This document shows, piece by piece, positions 47,270-59,362 of a stretch of DNA of 64,000 bases. The position numbers were made by a program, and so were the translations under genes. The notes beneath the pieces were generated by a model. It was not told the DNA's origin and searched no databases. It saw nothing but the letters and a program-made list of their open reading frames with translations. The DNA is from Vitrella brassicaformis CCMP3155 (lineage: Eukaryota; Protista; Chromerida). Where the stretch lies: NCBI GenBank assembly GCA_001179505.1, contig CDMY01000688.1:62001-126000 (forward strand). Direction: 5' to 3'. Position 1 is the stretch's first letter. The number at the start of each line of letters is the position of its first letter.

Positions 47270-47849
47270 ATGAATTCCCGTGGACGTAGGGAAGCTTTAT
47301 CATCCCCTGCACGTTGGCCTGATGCGCCAGCAATGCCTCCACAGCCGTCAGGTTGCCCGCACGGATCGCCGTCTTGATGGGCCTCTCCACCATATGCATA
47401 TAATCGATGTCCGCCCCGCCGTCAATGAGTGCATTGATGACGTCACGCTGTAGCTCACGGGAGGACCACTGCGGCAGGACAACGCGCACTGTGGCAGGAA
47501 AAGGCCAGTCCGCTCGAAGGTATGGCGTGTTTGATGGGCTGTCGATGGCGAAAGACAGGCAGCTGTATGGCGAGAACAGGGAGCCGCAACCATTCTTGGT
47601 GCCGCGGACACGAAGGCGGCCCCTCGTTTTCGGGTCGGCTCCTTCTTGGATCAGCCGTGTGACTTGCGATCCATCGGTGAAGGTGCGGCGAATGCAGCCC
47701 TCCAGCAACCGTCGGCTAAGAGGACTAATGCCCGCATCATCATCACTATGATGGATGCCACTGACGATATCGACGTCGTCCAGCCCCTTGCAGCCGTGTG
47801 GCGGCACAGCAAGAGGTGCTTGCGATGCGGCAGACGACGATTGGGCCAT
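47270..47849 (-). pseudogene. Truncated ankyrin-repeat family gene fused to the inverted HypX fragment
   Basis: LIQEGADPK, SCLSFAID, DVINALIDGGADID and RPIKTAIRAGNLTAVEALLAHQANVQ are ankyrin-like. The ORF runs directly into HypX-derived sequence and stays open to 46857. Confidence 0.75.
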
Positions 47850-48444
47850 CACATCGAGTCACACACCTGCATGGGTGCACAGACACACACCGTAATCCGT
47901 GACATCATCCTTCAACCACTGCTGGCGCACCTGGTCACGACATTATCATCTGCTTGAGGTGAGGCGGATAAACCTCAGCTTGGTCTTCCCCCCCGCGATC
48001 AGCCAGCACCAGCAGCACCAGCGTTCACCGTCTGCACAGCAGTTTGCACCTGTCTCCATTGTTTTGGAGTCGCAGCAGTCCCCTGGACTCCCTTTGCCAT
48101 ACCTCTTGTAAGCCAGCACGTAAGCCAGCAGCAGCAGACTCCCCGGTCGCCAACTTCAACAACTTCCGATTGGCGGTGGATGAGCGGCAGTATGATCAGC
48201 GGCGTGTATTCAACAGATTTCGTTTAGAATCTTCGAAGAAGGGGTTCAGAAGAAGGGGTTCCGTCTCGCCTGGCGTCAGGGGTTCGGTCTGCGAGCTGAA
48301 GCTCGCGACTTCTTCGCAGGGTTTGACCTGGGAGGGTTTTCCATGGTAAATATCTACTGATCTTTGGATCTTCTTGCCTATCCGGTCAGCGCCAGCTCCT
48401 GTGTGCCTGTCGGCTGTCGGCCAGCCACGAGCAAAAAAGCCAAG

Positions 48445-51131
48445 ATGAAGGTGTTTTTCCTGTACGATGCCTTCAATAGCATGAGTCAGAGCGCATACCT
48501 GCACGTCACCGCCATAGGCCACAAGGTACGCACGCGCGGCATGCAGTGCAGTCTGAGAACAAGGCAGTCACTTGGTTGGTTCCCTGGTCTCGCATCGCAT
48601 TGCCTTGCCAGGTCGTCAGGACCGAGTACGTCTCGCTGAGGCACACGCTGGATCTGCTGGCCGCCGAGCAGAAGACGGGTCGCCCCGTGGACGTAAGCAA
48701 GATCATATCATACCTTTCCTACCTCCCTTCCTCTCACACCCGGCCCACTCTCTCAAGAGATGCATTCATTCATATAGTCTGCAATGCTCCTGCCTGCCTG
48801 CCTTCCAAAATATGTTTATTAGGTGATGCTGTGCCCCTTCCTGACCAAGATCGTTCCCGAGGAGCTCTACAACCACCCCCACATCCCCTGCCTCATCGTA
48901 CACCCAGGTGGGTAGGCACGGCCGCTCACTGCATCCGCCCACACCACACCATCGACGTGTGTGCAGGTGTGGTGGGCGACAGAGGGGCCAGTAGCATCGA
49001 CTGGGCACTCATGCGCGGCGAGCTCGAGTGGGGCGTGACTGTCATGCAGGTGTGCGGGTGCGTGCAGGCTGCACCAGACAGACAGACAGACACACAGACT
49101 GACTGACACAAACGGTCCTTGCTTGATGGGGTGTGCTCTGCGGGTGCAGGCCGCCGAGGAGGTCGACGTTGGTGATGTGTACGCCACGACCACGGTGTCC
49201 CTGCGCCGCCCTCACGCCTTTAGCCCGCCCCTGACCAAGAGCAGCGTGTATCGGCGCGAGGTCAATCAGGCGGCCATGGCAGCCATCACCGAGGCCCTCA
49301 CCATGGTGGAGAACGGGGTCGCGCCGATGCCGCTCGAGTGCCTGGCCCACAAGGGGACGTTCCTGCCATGCATGAGGCAGAAAGAGCGCAAGATTGACTG
49401 GTCCATGGAGGCGGCCGAGGTGGTGCGGCGCTGCAACGCCTCGGAGACGCAGCCTGGCGTCCTCGAAGTCTTCAACGGTCAGTTAGCCAGGGAGAGGAAA
49501 CCGATTGACACGTGTGTGTGTGAGTGAGAGTGTGTGTGTGCAGGCGAGAGTTACCTGTTGTATGGCTTCTCGACTGAGTGCCTGATGGACCTGTCGCAGT
49601 GCGCCCTCCCTCCCAAGTCGCTCATCGGCCACCGGGAGGGTGCGGTGCTCGTCAAATGTGGTGGCAACACGGCCATGTGGGTGTCGCAGGCCAAGCGGCT
49701 CAACACCAAGGAAAGCAGGTTCTTCAAGGCGCCCCCCGTGAATGTGCTCAGCAAACACATCACCGGGTCCCTGCCCGAGCTGACGCTCGACTCGCCGCCC
49801 TCTGGCTGCCGGTGGGCAGCCTGCCCAAGACAAAGCAGGACATCTGGGCCTGGAAACATCGGGTGGGTAAAGACAAGACCGCCGGAGCGACGCGCGAGCA
49901 ATGGTGCGTATGTGTGTGTGTGCAGGGGGTGTGTCATCTTTGGTTCGACTTCTACAACGGTGCCATGAGCACTGACCAGGGACGGCGTCTTGCGGAGGTG
50001 CTGCAGCGCGTCAAGACAGAGAGCGACGTTCGGGTGCTGGTGCTCATGGGCGGACTCAACTTCTTCTGGTACACACACATCGACAGACACAACACATCTG
50101 GCTGCGCTGCCCTTGTCGTGGCTGCAGCAACGGGATCCACCTAAATGTCATTGAGGCAGCCGGAGGGATGCAGGAGCAGGCCGACGAGTCATGGTGAGTG
50201 ACTGAGGGTGTGCACCTTCCTGCACACACACACACACACACACACCACAGCTGTAGCAGAGTGTGTGTGTGTGTGTTAGGGCCAACATCAACGCGATAGA
50301 CGATGTGGTGCGCGAGGTGCTGCTGTGCCACGACAAACTCACCATCTCGGCCATGAGTGGCAACGCGGGAGCTGGTGCGCCAACCAACACACACTGATTG
50401 ATTGATGCACTAACTGTCACAGACAGACGACAATGACAATGGCCGGCCTGGTGTGCCTGCAGGTGGCGTGATGGCAGCACTGGCAGCCGACTACGTGTGG
50501 ACACACCCACGGGTCGTGCTCAACCCTTCCTACAAGGTAGGTAGGAGGGTGCGTGGCAGCCACCTTGTGTGTGCCTTGCCCATGAGGTGTCTGTGTGTGT
50601 CTGGGTGTGTGCGTGTGTGTGCTGTGAAGGCGTTGGACCTCTACGGCAGCGAATACTGGACCTACTCGCTGCCGAAGCGCGTGGGCCACCACCAGGCGCT
50701 GGCCATCACCGAAGGCAGCGAGCCGATGTCGGCCAAGCAGGCCCTCGGCCTCGGGATGGTCGATAGGGTCTTCGGCACGGATCCTGACAGCTTCGTGGCG
50801 GCCGTCATCCGCGAGGCAGAGGCGCTGGTGGATGACCAGGCCAGTCTCGACGCACTCCTGGACACCAAGAGGGAAATGGTGGACGCCGATTCGTTCCGAA
50901 GCCTCCTGGCCGACCACCGCCGAAGGGAGCTGGAGAGGATGAAGGCCTGCTTCCAGATGCCGTCGTACCACACCAAGTCAGTGCGGTTGACACAGACAGA
51001 CAGACAGACCGACATTGGCCAGACACAAGAGTTGGTGTGTGGCATGTGGTGTGCCTGCCAGGCGAAGGGCCTTCGTCTACAAGTCCAAGGCTGACAACCC
51101 CATCAAGGCCAAGTGGTCGTGCCTCGCGTGA
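48445..51131 (+). CDS. hypX: HypX/HoxX homologue: N10-formyl-THF formyltransferase-like domain fused to an enoyl-CoA hydratase/crotonase-like domain; 12 exons
   Basis: MKVFFLYDAFNSMSQ; LCPFLTKIVPEEL; LIVHPGVVGDRGASSIDWALMRGELEWGVTVMQAAEEVDVGDVY; KSSVYRREV; RKIDWS; ASETQPG; FDFYNGAMSTDQ; FFCNGIHLNVIE; DESWANINAIDDVV; GNAGAGG; VLNPSYK; LYGSEYWTYSLPKRVG; SYHTKRRAFV. Colinear with bacterial HypX as I recall it. Apparent 1-nt frameshift near 49795-49802. Confidence 0.93.
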
Positions 51132-51298
51132 ACGACGCCCCGACCGACCCACACTGGCTTGTAATGTGCATGTCTGTCTGCATGTCCTTCATGGTGTGAG
51201 CGCACGGACGAAACGTCTGGGTGCTCTGACCTACCTGACCTGGTTTGCTCGATTTTTGCATTCCAGTCGGTCAGTGCTATGCTATCGTGCATTCCTGC

Positions 51299-51329
<31 letters not shown>

Positions 51330-52318
51330 TGGGTTCGTCTGTACCTCCCGGCCTCTGGGGGGGAGAATATGTGAGTGGATGTATGTGCGTCTATTCTATG
51401 GATGCTGAACGGCGCCTCGGGGGCGGGCGGTGGGGAAGATCGATGAGATCGATGCATCCATCCATCCATCCAGCCCATCCCCTGCATACCATCCAGTACA
51501 GTACCATTCATTCGTACAGTGAGTGCACTCGAGGCACTATTGATGAGGCAGGCCTGCGCATGCCTATGTCTGTGAGAATGTGACTGATTTCTGTCCGTCT
51601 ATGTCCGTCTGTCTGTCTGTCTGTCTGTCCACTGACTGCACTGTGAGAGAAAGCGATGCCGATGCGATGCGCTAGTCTGACTGTGTGTGCGATGGATGAC
51701 CGTTCACGAGAGGGCAAACTGAGTGCTCTCTCGATGTGACACACACACATGGCGTGTGGCAGGCGTTGCTGTACTCACTGGTCGTGTACAATGAAGGGAC
51801 GTGCTTCATGCAATGTTTGAATCAAGTGCGTGGGTGCGTGTGCTGTCTTTGCTGTGCTGTGCTGTGCTGTGGTATGGTACCACAGACCGAGGCTTTTTTA
51901 CCTTGGTCTTGGGCTTTCATGGCCACGTGTGTGTACTGCAAACATGATGGGCTAATCTTTCCGTGCACTGCCCGCATCCATCCATTGCTGGGGAGAGAGA
52001 GAGAGAAAGAGAGAGAGGACATCGATGCTATGGCCGTGATTTGGATGTGATTTGGCCGCCCCGCTGCTGTCTTGCTGCTGTTGTGGTGGTCAGTACGTCA
52101 GAGGTAGACCAGTCTATCAGCTTTCCATCACGGGATTTGCCCTCCATGGATGCGACAATGAGTACGTTGGGACATTTGCTCTGAGGATTGGAAGCTTGAG
52201 ATCATGTAGTGCACTGCAATGTAATGTAGTGCAATGGCGTGTCTCTCAGAGTGTGTCCCGTCTGTCGGAGGCGGGCACTTCAAAAAGAGTCCGGCTTTCC
52301 CCCTTCCCCCCCCCCCCC

Positions 52319-52618
52319 NNNNNNNNNNNNNNNNNNNNNNNNNNNNNNNNNNNNNNNNNNNNNNNNNNNNNNNNNNNNNNNNNNNNNNNNNNNNNNNNNN
52401 NNNNNNNNNNNNNNNNNNNNNNNNNNNNNNNNNNNNNNNNNNNNNNNNNNNNNNNNNNNNNNNNNNNNNNNNNNNNNNNNNNNNNNNNNNNNNNNNNNNN
52501 NNNNNNNNNNNNNNNNNNNNNNNNNNNNNNNNNNNNNNNNNNNNNNNNNNNNNNNNNNNNNNNNNNNNNNNNNNNNNNNNNNNNNNNNNNNNNNNNNNNN
52601 NNNNNNNNNNNNNNNNNN
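52319..52618. other. Assembly gap (300 N) preceded by a poly-C run
   Basis: N run seen directly. Confidence 0.99.
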
Positions 52619-52644
52619 CTGCCTCCCCTTAACAGCTCCCTGCC

Positions 52645-55600
52645 TCACTCACTCCACTCACCCCCGTCCCCGCCCACTGTGAACACCTCAATCTCATCAG
52701 CAGAAAACACATCAAGATTGTATCCCGGAACCGGTGGCATGGTGGGGTACAGCGGCTGCAACATCGTTGGCTCCCATTTCACCCGCACCCCTACCCCTTG
52801 CGCCCATCCCAAAGGCAGAGGCGCCCAGAGCCCCAGCCACTCGGGTCCGAGAGGCTGGGTGACGCTCAGCTTGGCTAGCTGCACCCGTTGCTCGTTGTCT
52901 GCTCGCGAGACAGTGATGCGGCGAGGCATCACCGACGGCGACTGGAAGGTGGGCGGGGAGGTCCCGGATGCCTTGAAGACGAGGGCGTTGGCCGTGTAGT
53001 AGTTGAAAGCTCCTGGGCCGTGGGGGGCATCCATGGGCGAGGGCGGCCGGATGCTCTCGTCAATGAAGCAGCCATGCATGTCCTCGTCTGAGCGGATGAG
53101 GAACAGCAGGCCACTTGCATCCCCCACACGACCGAGCATGTCGGTGTACTCGTGCCCGTGCTCAGTCGCCCTGCAGCAACGACAAGGGAAAGAGCAAACA
53201 CCACAAAAGAGGTGGTCGATGGCTCATTCTTACTTGTAGAGTGGCTCGATGTCTGTGATGCGTTTGCCCGTCTTCCGCAGTATGGCGATCAGCTGAGCGG
53301 CGGAGGCGATCACAGAGGGGCTGGGGAGGCACCGCGCATCGCCATGCAGCAGCATCATTGGCTCCATCGCCAGGCCGTGTCTCTCCATCGCCGCCATGAG
53401 AGGTGCCTTGAGCCGTCGAGGCGCATATGGGGGGTCGACCACAGCTATGGGTGTGGCAGCGCGGATGCGGCCGGCAAAGTCGGTGGCGAGGGAATGGGCT
53501 GCTGTATCGGGTGGGAGGGAGGGGAGGTAGCGTGACAGCTGGCGCAGGGTGGCCTCCAGATTCATGACCATCAGCAGCCTCTGCTGCTGGCCTTCTGTCT
53601 GCATCAGCGCCTCGAGCCGGTCGGCAGTCGACGAGTAGGCAAACGCCGCCTTACGCAACTGATTTACAGAGGAACAATGAAGGAAAGCAGATAGTGCGCC
53701 ACAGCCAGCATCATTGCTGTCCTCATGCGCATCTGCCCAGATTTGTGGCCTTACTTACCGCTGCGATGTGATGTGAGGCCATGAGGAGCTCCACTCGTTC
53801 GTCGTCTACTACACTATAGCTGAACATCTGATGCGCACCAGCCGTCAAGACGTAACGCGCTCCTGCGTCCATGGCGTGGATGGCTATCCGCAGGGGCGCA
53901 AAACGACGCTGCATCGCTGCCTTGAGGGCATCCAGGTGGGGGCGCTGGGGCAGGACCACAGTCAGTTGAGAGATGGACTCGATCTCGAGGGCCGACCAGA
54001 TGCTCGACAGAACGAAGGTGCCCAGATGGACCACAGCGGCAGACGGCACTGCAACAACCGAGACACGGAGACACAGAGACGCTCGAGGGGAGGTGTATGA
54101 GCGCATTCTTCTCCATCTCTTTGCCACTTACCGTCTAGGTGCATGACTAGCTTCTTGATGCTAGGCAGGTCGTCCTTGTAATCCCCCAGTGTGATGCCCT
54201 CCCTCTCGTCCTCAGCCTTGATGAGCTCACGGCCACCCTCGGACACAAAACCCAACGACACGCGATCGATCTCACCACAGCCTCTGCTAGTGAGGACCTG
54301 GCGCGCAGCTGTCTCACTGCCGGACATGGCGAGCTCGTCCAGCGAGGTCATGTGTGGTCTCATGAGTGCCGCCAGGCGGATGGCGATGTCCCCTTTGGCA
54401 GTGAGTGTCTGCACCCTCCCCAGCCGTCCGTCGAAGGGCAGCACAGGCAGCTGCCGCCCTGGGCCATCTCCTGCCGTCAGGGAGGCGAGCTGCACCCGGC
54501 TCGGCATCTGCGATGCCCGAATGCCGTTGAGCAGGTCCAGGACGTCTGCCGGCGCCATGTCCATCAGCTGCAGGTTGCCGAGATGCGCCCCCTTGCTCAG
54601 CAGCATCTTGGCCACGCCCAGGCCGATGCGGCTCTTGACGGTCAGACTTCTCACTGGGAAGAGGCCGTGGGCTTTGACTGCGTCGAGCTCGGGGGGCTCA
54701 GGCGGGACGGAATCGGGTGGCGGGGCCGATCCGTCCGCACACTCGATGGAAATGCTGCAGCATCCAGGCGGGCACCACGATGGGACCCACAGCTGATCCG
54801 CCAGGCTGTGAGCGATAGGGCCGTTCTGTGGGAGGACGACCTGGTCCTGCGTGACCATCCAGACGTAGCGGCATCGGGAGAGGCTCGAGCCACGCGCCTC
54901 GATTCTCGGGCAGAGGAGATTGCTGTCCGAGCTGCCACGCCGTACACCGTATGTCTGGAGCAGCGCACAGACGAGTGGGGAGCCGCAGGGGGGCAGCTGG
55001 CTGAAATCGAACCGGGTGTAGGCCAGCAGGTGGCGGAGGGGGACCTCTCGCACCTCCTCGCCGTCGGCAAGGGGCAGAATGAAGATGCAGACCTTGCCCG
55101 AGGGTGAGCAGATCGCGTCGATGAATGTGGCGAGGGCCTTGAATGTGGCATAGTCGTTGAGGATCAGCGAATGACAGTCGTTGCGATGCACCACCACACT
55201 CAGGAGATCCAGAGACTTCGAGCAGCCTCGATCCACTAAACACCTCTGAAAGCAGAAAGAACACAATAAACCGAGCCAAGAAGGCGTCAATGCCGTGGCT
55301 GGCCCTCGTCAGCTTTCTGTGTGTCCCCTGCTGTCTTTCTTTCTGTGTCACCCACCTGGAGGTCCCGAAGGCCGTCTATAAGATCAGCCGATTCGATATC
55401 GAAGAGCTTGATGAAGCTGATCGTCCGCAGCTTCGCCAGAGGCCCCTGGCTGCCCCGCTGCCCCACTGGAATAGACCCGATCAGCTCCGCCAGCCGTGAT
55501 GCCCCGGCAGGCCCCCGTTCAGGTACACCAGGGACCTCGCCGTGGCAACGAACGGCCTGATGGGCGCTATCTCGCCGGACACGTATAATGCAGACACGTA

Positions 55601-56601
55601 CTTGACAGCCGGTGTCGCCCATCCCCGCCCATCGATGACCGAGTTGGCGGTGTGGACCCCGCTGGCCTCGGTGAGTGCCGGCAGGTTGATGGTTTGGGAT
55701 GGGGCGGCAGCTGGGGGATCGGCATTGGTGTTGTCCAGCTGGTTGATCTCGTCTCGTCCGGTGTTGGGGTACACCACCGCCTCGAAGCTCAGAGACTTGA
55801 GCGAGCCCTCGGGCATGCCGGTGGCTGGCCCCTCCTTATCGCGCGCCGCCTGTCGTCCCGCCGCATGGCCCTCCACCAGCGCGATGACGATCCCGCGGCA
55901 CCACCCAAATGCACTGACAAAGTGGCCAGCAGGGACCCCATCTGCCCCATCAGGTGTCCGCGGAATCCGATGGACGAGACACTTGAGGTTGACCATCTGT
56001 TGGCCGAGCTCATAGGCCGTCTGCGGCGCCATGCTGCTCCAGAATCTCCGCTGCCGAGTGTTGCTGGAGTCGATGACGAGCTCGGTGTGGTGCTGCAGGA
56101 CGACGCCGCTGAGTGGGGAGGGCAGGGGCGGCTTCAGACACCATACGGGATTCACCAACGCATAGACGCCGATGTGCAGCTCCCGAGGCTGCACACATAT
56201 AGACGGCAGACACAAAGGAATGAAGGCATCTGCCACCTCCGCTTGAGCCATCTGTTTGTGGTTGCATTCCTACGTACCACAGAGATGCCCGACCAGCCCT
56301 GCATCCGAATGGCCTGTCGTTCAGCAGCACCCACACGAACCAAAGACGGACGACTGTACACACCCATTGGATCATGCTGCTTGTGATCATGTACCTTGAA
56401 AACGGCAGCGGCAGCCTCACTGTCCTCCGCACCGCCATCAGCGGCATCATCGCCATCAGCAGACGACGAAGCGGCTTCAGCGCGGCCACCACTACCTGCA
56501 GGAAATGAGATGCATCGACAGCAGCAGAAGAATGCACCATCAATGGCCTTCCTACCTTGCTGCCGGGCGACTGGCCGCCAGATCTGCCGCTTGCGAGCCA
56601 T
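52645..56601 (-). CDS. Lineage-specific LRR-like family protein with a C-terminal TLDc domain
   Basis: Phase-consistent junctions in the 3' half (MHLD|VPSAAVV, SHHIAA|LRKAAF, EPLYK|ATEHGHEYTDML). TLDc-type LYxA...GLLFLIRS...HGCFID...FSADEIEVF. The N-terminal half is paralogous to 56949-59204. Confidence 0.72.
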
Positions 56602-56948
56602 GCCTAAGCGTCAATAGCGATAGCTACCACGACGTCTACAAAGCATCGTCAGGGAAAAAACGGCGAGGAAAACGGCCAGGGCCGATCTGTGCGAGCTCTC
56701 GGCCAGGAAAACGAGAAACAGAGAAGGCAAACGAGAAGCAAGGCGGGCCTCTCGAAGCAGAGCAGCGGCAACCTTCTGCTTTTCGCGTATCTGCTCGAAT
56801 CTTCGGGTCATCGCTCTCCAGGTGAGGCAACGAGCAGCAAACGAGAGGGTGATCTGCACAGGAGAAGAAGCAGCAGCACGAGAGCAGCCAGTATGTAACA
56901 ATCAACTCATCCGTTGCTTTGTGTGTTGTCTTGTGTTGTGTTTGTCAG

Positions 56949-59204
56949 ATGAAGCGTGGCTTCCTCCTGCCGAAGGCGGAGCAGAGCGCTGCAGCCGCCG
57001 CATCGACTGCCGAGGAGTCAGTCATTCCTCAGCGGAAACGAAAGGTACAACACACAATGACGTTCCTGAAATGCCCACAACTGACCAAGTGCTCTGTCTG
57101 TGTTCATTCAGGCGAGGCCTCCTCCTCGTGTGTCTGCGGACATCAAACGGCAGTATCCGCACCTCGAGCACGCCTGTGGCCGGCCACTCCTTCTGCTGCA
57201 AGCATCACTCGGCCCCTCACTCTTCCTCACGCCCTCCCCTGCCAAGGCCCGGTGTCTGGTCATCGACTGCGCCCACAGAAACACCCGCCGTATGTGGGAA
57301 GCGGTCTCGCTCGAGGTCGCATATCAGTGGGGCATGGCTGCCAGGACCCTCGAGAAGCTGGTGGTCCGCTATCCAAAGCCAGCGGTGTCGCGGCGGAAGC
57401 GCAGCAAGGCACCGGTTTGGTCTATGGGCGTGTGGATGGCGATATTGGAGGGGCATGCACACGGGCGGCAGCGGGCCGTTGCCGTGAAGAACAAGACAGA
57501 CAAGAAGGGCAAGGGCGAGATGGAGGCGATCGGCAGCGGCAGCAGCTCTCAAGCGGCGTCAGTGGCAGCTTCCGATGGGTCGCTGCGGGTGCTGGAGTTC
57601 GAGGCGGTGGACACTGAAGGGCCGCAGGAGTGGGAGAGAGGAGACGGTGGTGTGGCCGCCCCCTCTTCGACACCCCTCCTTCCCAAGACTGACGGTGGTC
57701 TCCCTCCCCGCATCCTTCCCGTCCACCTGCCGGCCCTCACAGAGGTCCGCAACATGCCCGTCGACGTCGCTGCTTGGCGCATGTACCGCTCGTGGTGCGA
57801 TCGATCAACACACGCCCACGAGAGTGAGGGATTAGGCGTCCCTGGTGTGTGTGTGTGTGTGTCTGCAGGCATTCCCCTGGCATTCGAGTCCTCACCTTCA
57901 CCACACATCCCAGGTCATCTTGTCTGAAGGAGTACATCGGCGCTGAGTGGGTGCGGGGCTGCACGGGCCTGGAGGCGCTGGTGTGCGACGACCGCGTGAA
58001 CGGCGACGGTGGGCTGATACTGGCCATGCTGGCTGAGCTGCCTGCAGACGGCAAGTCGTTGGAAGGTCTGCGAGAGCTCGGCAACATTCACCTGTATGGG
58101 GTCGAAGGGGACGAGATTCAGCAACTGCAGCATGCTCTCACCTTGCGGGGCTGCAAAAAGAAGCTGGCCAAGCTACGCATCGACACGGGCACGATACTGC
58201 GCATGGAAAGCGACGTCGACAGCCTGACAATGCTCGACCATCTGGTGTAAGCAAGCAGGACAGAGGAGGCAACAAAAGGGCTGCACGATTGTCTGTGTGT
58301 CTCGTATCCCATCAGGACGGCTGTCGTTGACCCAGAGGCGCTGCTGACCGGCGGTGTCGAGTGGGCTGAGCTTCGTGAAGACGATCTGGATGCGGAGCTG
58401 TCGGTCGAGCTGCTCTCGTGGGCGCGGGCTAAGTCCCCGTTCCTGAAGCGCCACGTGGAGGAGCTCGCCCGCATCGTCCCCCGCGTCACCTATCATGGCC
58501 TACCCGAACCGCACCACCCGGCCGCTACCGCCATGACACCATCGACCTTCCCCCGAGCCGACTGCTTTCACCTGGCTGCCGAGTCGCTGACGCGCTACAC
58601 GATGCAACGCGTCGTGTCTGTCGCGAAGGCAATCGGCAAGACCTACATCCGCGTGTCTGGGGAGGAAGGGGAAGATGCGGCTCCCGTGGGATTGGCTGTC
58701 GAGTTCCTCAAGGCACTGCAGACAGCCCGGCTCAACGAGGGCAGCGAGGCCCCACTGGACGTCTTGCATTTTGTGTCGCTGGGCGGCGAGGACGTGGGAT
58801 CCTTATGGGAGACGCACGCCGCCGAAGTGTCCCCAATCAGATGCCTGGAGCTGTGGATTACCGGTAGGTACAGATACGTGGCTATGGAGAGGGTCTTGTG
58901 CATGTGTGTGGATGTGCGCCGCTCAGATACGATTCCACCGGGCGCCTCAGACAACGAGCGTCGGGCCTTCATCGAGACCGTCAGCAAGGACCTCCTGGCG
59001 ATGCTCAAGGCGTCCACCCGCCTCGGTGGCCATCGAGAGACGGACGTCCGCTTCTTCAGCCTCCATGGAGATGTACGTGAGTACTTTGCGCGGCACCACC
59101 TGTCAGACGACTTCGACGAGACGCCTTACACATTCACCTTCGATGGCACGTCACTGAGCCTGCGCAGGCGCAGGTGGGGAAGCGAAGGCCGGAGGGAAGG
59201 ATGA
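56949..59204 (+). CDS. Lineage-specific LRR-like family protein, paralogue of the divergent neighbour; no TLDc domain
   Basis: Shared motifs: RRMWEAVSLEVAYQWG vs RRFWSSMAPQTAYELG; GSLRVLEFEAV vs GSLKSLSFEAV; HLPALTEV vs NLPALTEA; QQLQHALTLRGCKKKL vs RDLQRCLVDRGCSKSL. Confidence 0.72.
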
Positions 59205-59362
59205 TTCATTGTCTTAATTGCCTCCTTCTGTTCAGGAGAGGCGTCTGATGGAGAGCCATTGTTTGGTGCGTGCATGCCCTATGCTCGAGCCATGAATGTT
59301 CGTGTCGAGTCGACATACTGACTGCTGCAGACAAGACAGTCTGCATCCATTCTATTAGCTAT

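Noticed and set aside
51110-51131. Prenylation or peroxisomal signal at the HypX C-terminus (WSCLA)
   Set aside because: The Cys is third from the end rather than fourth, and CLA is not a canonical PTS1.
48445-51131. Bacterial contamination as the source of HypX
   Set aside because: Eleven GT-AG introns in the same microsatellite style as neighbouring host genes, in contiguous sequence.
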